Source: Dehalococcoidia bacterium (GTDB taxonomy: Bacteria; Chloroflexota; Dehalococcoidia; DSTF01; JACRBR01). From it: a DNA stretch of 64,000 bases. Positions 58,492 through 64,000 of this stretch are shown here, in pieces. Where the stretch lies: positions 62,001-126,000 of the forward strand of contig JBGQBE010000002.1 in NCBI GenBank assembly GCA_041494685.1. The letters are read 5' to 3'. How positions within the stretch are numbered: position 1 is the first letter of the stretch; each line of letters opens with the position of its first letter. The position numbers and the translations under genes were made by a program. The notes below the pieces were generated by a model. It was not told the DNA's origin and ran no database searches. It saw only the letters and a program-made list of their open reading frames with translations.

Positions 58492-58539
58492 GAGAACCGA
58501 GAACCCCGCAAGAACCGGGAACTTAGAACTTGGAACCTG
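58492..58539. repeat. Heptamer tandem tract (RGAACYN)
   Basis: gagaacc gagaacc .. aagaacc gggaact tagaact tggaacc; same unit type as 11050-11117. Confidence 0.75.
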
Positions 58540-58613
58540 ATGGAGGCGGCTGCCGTTCGTCGCGTCGCCCGGTAAGCTGCGGGCGACGCGAGAGCGAAAT
58601 GGACGGCGGACTG

Positions 58614-59171
58614 ATGACGGAACTGATCCTGCATTTCGTACGGCACGGCGAGACGCCGGGGAACGCCGAGCGGCGCTTCCAGACGCCCGACGTGCCGCTC
58701 AGTGAGACGGGCCGCGCGCAGGCGGCAGCCGTCGCCGCGACGCTGCTGGAGACGACGCGCGCCGAAGCGATCCTGGCGAGCGATTACGCGCGCACGATGG
58801 AGACCGCCGCCGCGATCAGCGCGCGGCTGGGGCTGCCGGTCGTCGAGGAGCCGGCGTTGCGCGAGCGGAACTTCGGCATCGCGCGCGGGCGACTGTACTC
58901 GGAGTTCGCCGACGAGAAGATGGCACTCTGGCGCGCGCCGCACTACCGCATCGAGCAGGGCGAGAGCTGGGCGGACGTGTACGAGCGGATGCGGCGCTTC
59001 CTGGAAGCGCTGCACAGCGCGCCGCCCGCGCGCGAGTTGATCCTGGTCTCGCACGGCGGCGCGATGAGCGTCGCGCTCACGTACCTCGCGGGAACGCCGA
59101 TCGACGACTTCGAGATCATGCAGCTGGAGAACTGCGCCGTGCGAACGGTGGTGTTGGCGGTGGGCGGGTAG
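58614..59171 (+). CDS. Histidine phosphatase family protein
   Basis: VRHGET, LRERNFG, GES, VSHGG. Confidence 0.92.
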   Translation: MTELILHFVRHGETPGNAERRFQTPDVPLSETGRAQAAAVAATLLETTRAEAILASDYARTMETAAAISARLGLPVVEEPALRERNFGIARGRLYSEFADEKMALWRAPHYRIEQGESWADVYERMRRFLEALHSAPPARELILVSHGGAMSVALTYLAGTPIDDFEIMQLENCAVRTVVLAVGG

Positions 59172-59238
59172 CGACTCCCTCACCCCCGGCCTCTCCGACA
59201 AGGGGAGAGGGGGGGCACGGTGCATCACCCCTGCGGGA

Positions 59239-59336
59239 GTAGCCGCCATCGACTAGCTGGCGCGGCGTTCGGCGTGGCAGAGATCGATCGGCGTCGCGAT
59301 GCCCTTCTTGACGACGGAGCCGAGCCGCTTGAACGC
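59239..59336. repeat. Diverged direct-repeat copy of 61286-61383 (cyclase 3' end)
   Basis: About 87 of 98 nt identical by manual alignment; weaker similarity extends further. Confidence 0.9.
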
Positions 59337-59419
59337 AACATGCACGCCACCCGGCGGCCAACCAGCACGACGTACCGCCGGCGGCCAGTTGCCCGTGCGA
59401 TCCATGCTACGATCCGCCG

Positions 59420-61303
59420 ATGAAGCTTGCGGCCCCGTTCGCGCTGCTGTTCGTCGTGCTCGTCGCGCTGTTTCCCACGACGGGGTTCTACGACCTCTAC
59501 CTGCTGCCATGGCAGACGCGCTCGATCTTCCTGCAGGACGCTAACTTCTGGCACGCGATGCGAGACGACCCGAGCGCGTATTTGCCGTTTACCCACTTCT
59601 CGGCGCTGCCCTACGGCCCCCTGTTCTATTACCCAACGGGAATCTGGATACGGACGCTGGATGCCGTGCACGTCATCGACATGCGCGGCTGGACCAATCT
59701 GGGCGGCGCGGCGGGATCGCTCCGCTACACGGCGCTGCTGAAGGTCCCGAATCTTCTGGTGTACGCGGCCATCGCGGCAGTACTGCTGGGCATGTTCCCC
59801 GGCCGCGGCGGCGTCGACGCGATGCTGCTTTGGCTGCTGAACCCGGCAGTCATCCTTGTATCGTTCGTGATGGGTCAGAACGACGGATGGAGCATGCTCA
59901 CTGTGCTCGCCGCTCTGCTGCTGGCGCGAGGAGCGCTCGGCGGACAGCGCGACGTCCGCGTCGGCCCTCTGCGCGTTCCGGCCGCGGCGCTCGCGATGTG
60001 CCTGCTCGGCGCGGGCGGCGCCATCAAGCTGCATCCGCTGCTGTTCGTTGCGCCGTTCGCGCTCGTGCTCGGCCGCTCGTGGCCGGAACGGCTAGGTCTG
60101 GCGGCCACCGCGGGCGCGACGTTCGCAGCGTGTATCGCGCCGTTCGTCAGTGACCCGTTCTTCCGCGATCAGGCGCTCTTCAACCCGCAGGGGCAAGACA
60201 TCCTGCGATACAAGATCGGCCCCCTGGCACTCTTCTACCCGGCGTATGCGGCGGCGCTGCTGCCGCTGGCGCGGCGCGATCGTCCATGGCTGGCGTTGCT
60301 TTGCTCGGTCGCGACCGTACACCTCGTCGTCTTCGCGCTGACGGACTGGCCACCCGAGCGTGCCGCATGGTTCATCGGCGTGCTGGCGCCCGCCGCGGTG
60401 CTGCATCGCGCGGCGCTGGCGACGTACGTGCTCGTAACGCTGCAGGTGCTGCTGCACGCCATGACGCTTGGCGGCGCGCTCGGCGCGGACGCGTTCTCCG
60501 TGCTCTCGCCTCGCCTCGCGAACGGGCCGGGGCTCGACGCCGCGATCGACCGTGTGTCGAACTTCGACGCGGTCCAGGCGGTGGCGCTGGGCGTCGCGGC
60601 CCCCGCGTGGTGCGCGGCCGTGGCGGGGCTGATGTTCGTCCGACAGGAGCGGCCGCGTCCGATCCCGGTGGCGCTGCCTGCTGCGATGCTGCTGTTGCTT
60701 CCGCTCTGGTTTGCCGCGTCGCTGGCATACACCAGCGGCGGTGTAACCTCCGACGCGTTGGTGGGCGACCGCGGCGTCGTCGATGGACCCGCGGACGTGC
60801 AGCAACTCGTCCTGGCCGCCGGCGACGGCCTGTCGGCGGTCGAAGTGCGCTACGACGCGGGCGCCGCGCCACAACCGCTGGATGCCACACTTGATCCGGG
60901 CGACGGCTCAGCACCGCGCGTCATACGCGCCCTGCCCTCCGCGCGGCCGCGCTGGCTGAAGCTTGGCTTCGACACGATCCCGGCATCGAGCCGCAAGGTG
61001 TATGTGCTCACGCTGCACCTGCCCGCGGGCGCGAAGCTCGGCACCGTGCGTATGACGGGGCAGCTCGTCCCGGCGCGCATCGGTGGCACGCCATCGCCGG
61101 ACCGTCTTGTCGACCTGCGCCAGCATTACGATCGGAACTGGACGGCCGTCTGGCGCGACGTACAGCGGTCGGTCCGCGGCGAAGCGGGCGTGTGGCTCGC
61201 GACCGCCGTAATGATGGCGGTGCCGCTCGGCTTGCTCTGGCGAGCCGCCGAGCGTGCGATGCGCGGTGGCGAAACGAATGCTCCGGTAGCCGCCGCCGAC
61301 TAG
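59420..61303 (+). CDS. Polytopic membrane protein, GT-C/GT87-like glycosyltransferase
   Basis: LPYGPLFYY, LLNPAVI..GQND, IKLHPL; many TM helices. Confidence 0.65.
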   Translation: MKLAAPFALLFVVLVALFPTTGFYDLYLLPWQTRSIFLQDANFWHAMRDDPSAYLPFTHFSALPYGPLFYYPTGIWIRTLDAVHVIDMRGWTNLGGAAGSLRYTALLKVPNLLVYAAIAAVLLGMFPGRGGVDAMLLWLLNPAVILVSFVMGQNDGWSMLTVLAALLLARGALGGQRDVRVGPLRVPAAALAMCLLGAGGAIKLHPLLFVAPFALVLGRSWPERLGLAATAGATFAACIAPFVSDPFFRDQALFNPQGQDILRYKIGPLALFYPAYAAALLPLARRDRPWLALLCSVATVHLVVFALTDWPPERAAWFIGVLAPAAVLHRAALATYVLVTLQVLLHAMTLGGALGADAFSVLSPRLANGPGLDAAIDRVSNFDAVQAVALGVAAPAWCAAVAGLMFVRQERPRPIPVALPAAMLLLLPLWFAASLAYTSGGVTSDALVGDRGVVDGPADVQQLVLAAGDGLSAVEVRYDAGAAPQPLDATLDPGDGSAPRVIRALPSARPRWLKLGFDTIPASSRKVYVLTLHLPAGAKLGTVRMTGQLVPARIGGTPSPDRLVDLRQHYDRNWTAVWRDVQRSVRGEAGVWLATAVMMAVPLGLLWRAAERAMRGGETNAPVAAAD

Positions 61304-61830
61304 CTGGCGCGGCGTTCGGCGCGGTAGAGGTCGATCGGCGTAGGGATGCCCTTCATGACGACGGGGCCGAGACGTTTGAACGCGACGTCCGGCACGCCGC
61401 CGTCGGCGCTCATCACGGTCGCGGCGGACGCCAGCACCTCGCCGGAGTCCGCCAGGTTCACGATGCGTGATGCCACGTTCACGTCGTGGCCCAGCAGGTC
61501 GTCGCCGCGGCGCGTCTGCTGGCCGGAATGCAGCCCGATGCGCACCCACAGCGGCGCTTCCATCGAGGACGACTCTTCTTCGAACCGCTCCTGCAGGCGG
61601 AGCCCCGTCTCGATCGCGTCGCACGGGTCGGCGAACCAGATCATCAGCCCGTCACCCAGCTCCTTGACGATGCGCGCGTCGCCGCCCAGCTCCTCGCGCA
61701 CGATACGCTCCTGCGCGGCGAGCAGCGCGATCGCCTCTTCGTCGCCGCGCAGCGCGTTGAACTCGGTGAAGCCGACGATGTCCGTGAACATCACCGTGCC
61801 CTTCACGACGGCGGGCGGGCCGGCGATCAT
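61300..61830 (-). CDS. Stand-alone class III adenylate cyclase domain protein
   Basis: FTDIVGFT, KELGDG, RIGLHSG, DLLGHDVNVASR. Confidence 0.92.
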   Translation of the reverse strand: MIAGPPAVVKGTVMFTDIVGFTEFNALRGDEEAIALLAAQERIVREELGGDARIVKELGDGLMIWFADPCDAIETGLRLQERFEEESSSMEAPLWVRIGLHSGQQTRRGDDLLGHDVNVASRIVNLADSGEVLASAATVMSADGGVPDVAFKRLGPVVMKGIPTPIDLYRAERRAS

Positions 61831-62534
61831 CCCGGCACCACTTCGATCGAGCCGGAGACGGACATCGCCTCGATCAGCACGTCGCTGCCCTCCGGGCAGG
61901 CGCAGCGCACGCGGCCGGAGATCGTCCGGAAGCGGGTCTGCGGCTCCACGTCCGCGGGCAGCTCGATGTGTACCTTGCCCGACACCGTCTTCACGGCGAT
62001 CGCGCCCTCGCCGCCGCACGCGGCGTCGATCGAGCCGCTGACCGAGCGCGCCTTCAGCGATCCATCGACGTGCGCCAGCTTGATCGACCCGGACATCGTG
62101 CCGGCCGACGCCGCGCCGACCGAGCCGGCCGTCACGCTGCCGCTGCCGCTGTTCAGCCGGCAGCGTCCGCGGCACGCCGCCAGCGTCAGCGAGCCGGAAA
62201 CGCTGCGCAGGTCCGCTTCGTCCGTACGGTCCACCTCGATTTTGCCGTTCATCGTGGTGACGGAGACGATGCCAAACTCGCCCTCCATGTGCACGGCGCC
62301 GGACTGCGTGCCGATCGTGACGTCGGTGCCGATGGGGCAGCGGACGGTGAAGCTCTTATGGCCGTGTCCGTTGCGGACGCGCAGGGTGGCGCCGCCGTCG
62401 TCGAACAACGACTCGATCTTGTCGCCCTCCGCCTCCACGTCATCGCGCGGCTCGGCGAAGACCTCGACCCTGCCGGAGCGCGACTGCAGGCGCAGGGTGA
62501 CGGCGACGGGTAGTTCGAAGCGGTGGACGCCCAT
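61827..62534 (-). CDS. DUF4097-like beta-strand repeat protein
   Basis: Repeated (S/T)xSGxI motifs. Confidence 0.8.
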   Translation of the reverse strand: MGVHRFELPVAVTLRLQSRSGRVEVFAEPRDDVEAEGDKIESLFDDGGATLRVRNGHGHKSFTVRCPIGTDVTIGTQSGAVHMEGEFGIVSVTTMNGKIEVDRTDEADLRSVSGSLTLAACRGRCRLNSGSGSVTAGSVGAASAGTMSGSIKLAHVDGSLKARSVSGSIDAACGGEGAIAVKTVSGKVHIELPADVEPQTRFRTISGRVRCACPEGSDVLIEAMSVSGSIEVVPG

Positions 62535-62640
62535 GGTATGTCCTTCCCGGGTGGTGGACGCCATTGTCGCGCGATCCGCTCGGCCGGCTCAAGCCGGGAG
62601 TGTTGCGGAAATCGCAATCCGGGCGGCGCGAGGCGCGCCG

Positions 62641-64000
<1,360 letters not shown>

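Noticed and set aside
59239..61383. TR/VR interpretation of the 98-bp repeat pair
   Set aside because: Mismatches are not confined to adenines of one copy on either strand

Overview
GC-rich bacterial chromosome segment. It is most consistent with Chloroflexota/Dehalococcoidia, but that is inferred only from gene content (N-terminally extended RecG, Tat-exported family-5 binding protein, ECF sigma with a DUF5667-type anti-sigma, many FadE-like ACADs, GAAC-N4-GTTC-like boxes). Mostly housekeeping and catabolic genes: two-component system, recG, murT/gatD, a TetR-headed operon of six acyl-CoA dehydrogenases, a peptide-type ABC importer, a MacAB-type exporter and partial lysS. Accessory DNA includes a HepT/MntA toxin-antitoxin pair, a ~3.9 kb integrase-less island at tRNA-Lys(UUU) carrying purC, LacI and a HAD hydrolase, and several gene stubs. 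The most unusual signal is a family of at least 12 intergenic tracts with 7-nt periodicity but different unit sequences. Many are arranged as inverted arms. One pair encloses a four-helix-bundle (Avd/23S-IVP-like) gene missed by the ORF track because of an in-frame TAG, and a decayed piece of that gene lies in the neighbouring spacer. All product calls come from motif recognition by eye; no database searches were run.
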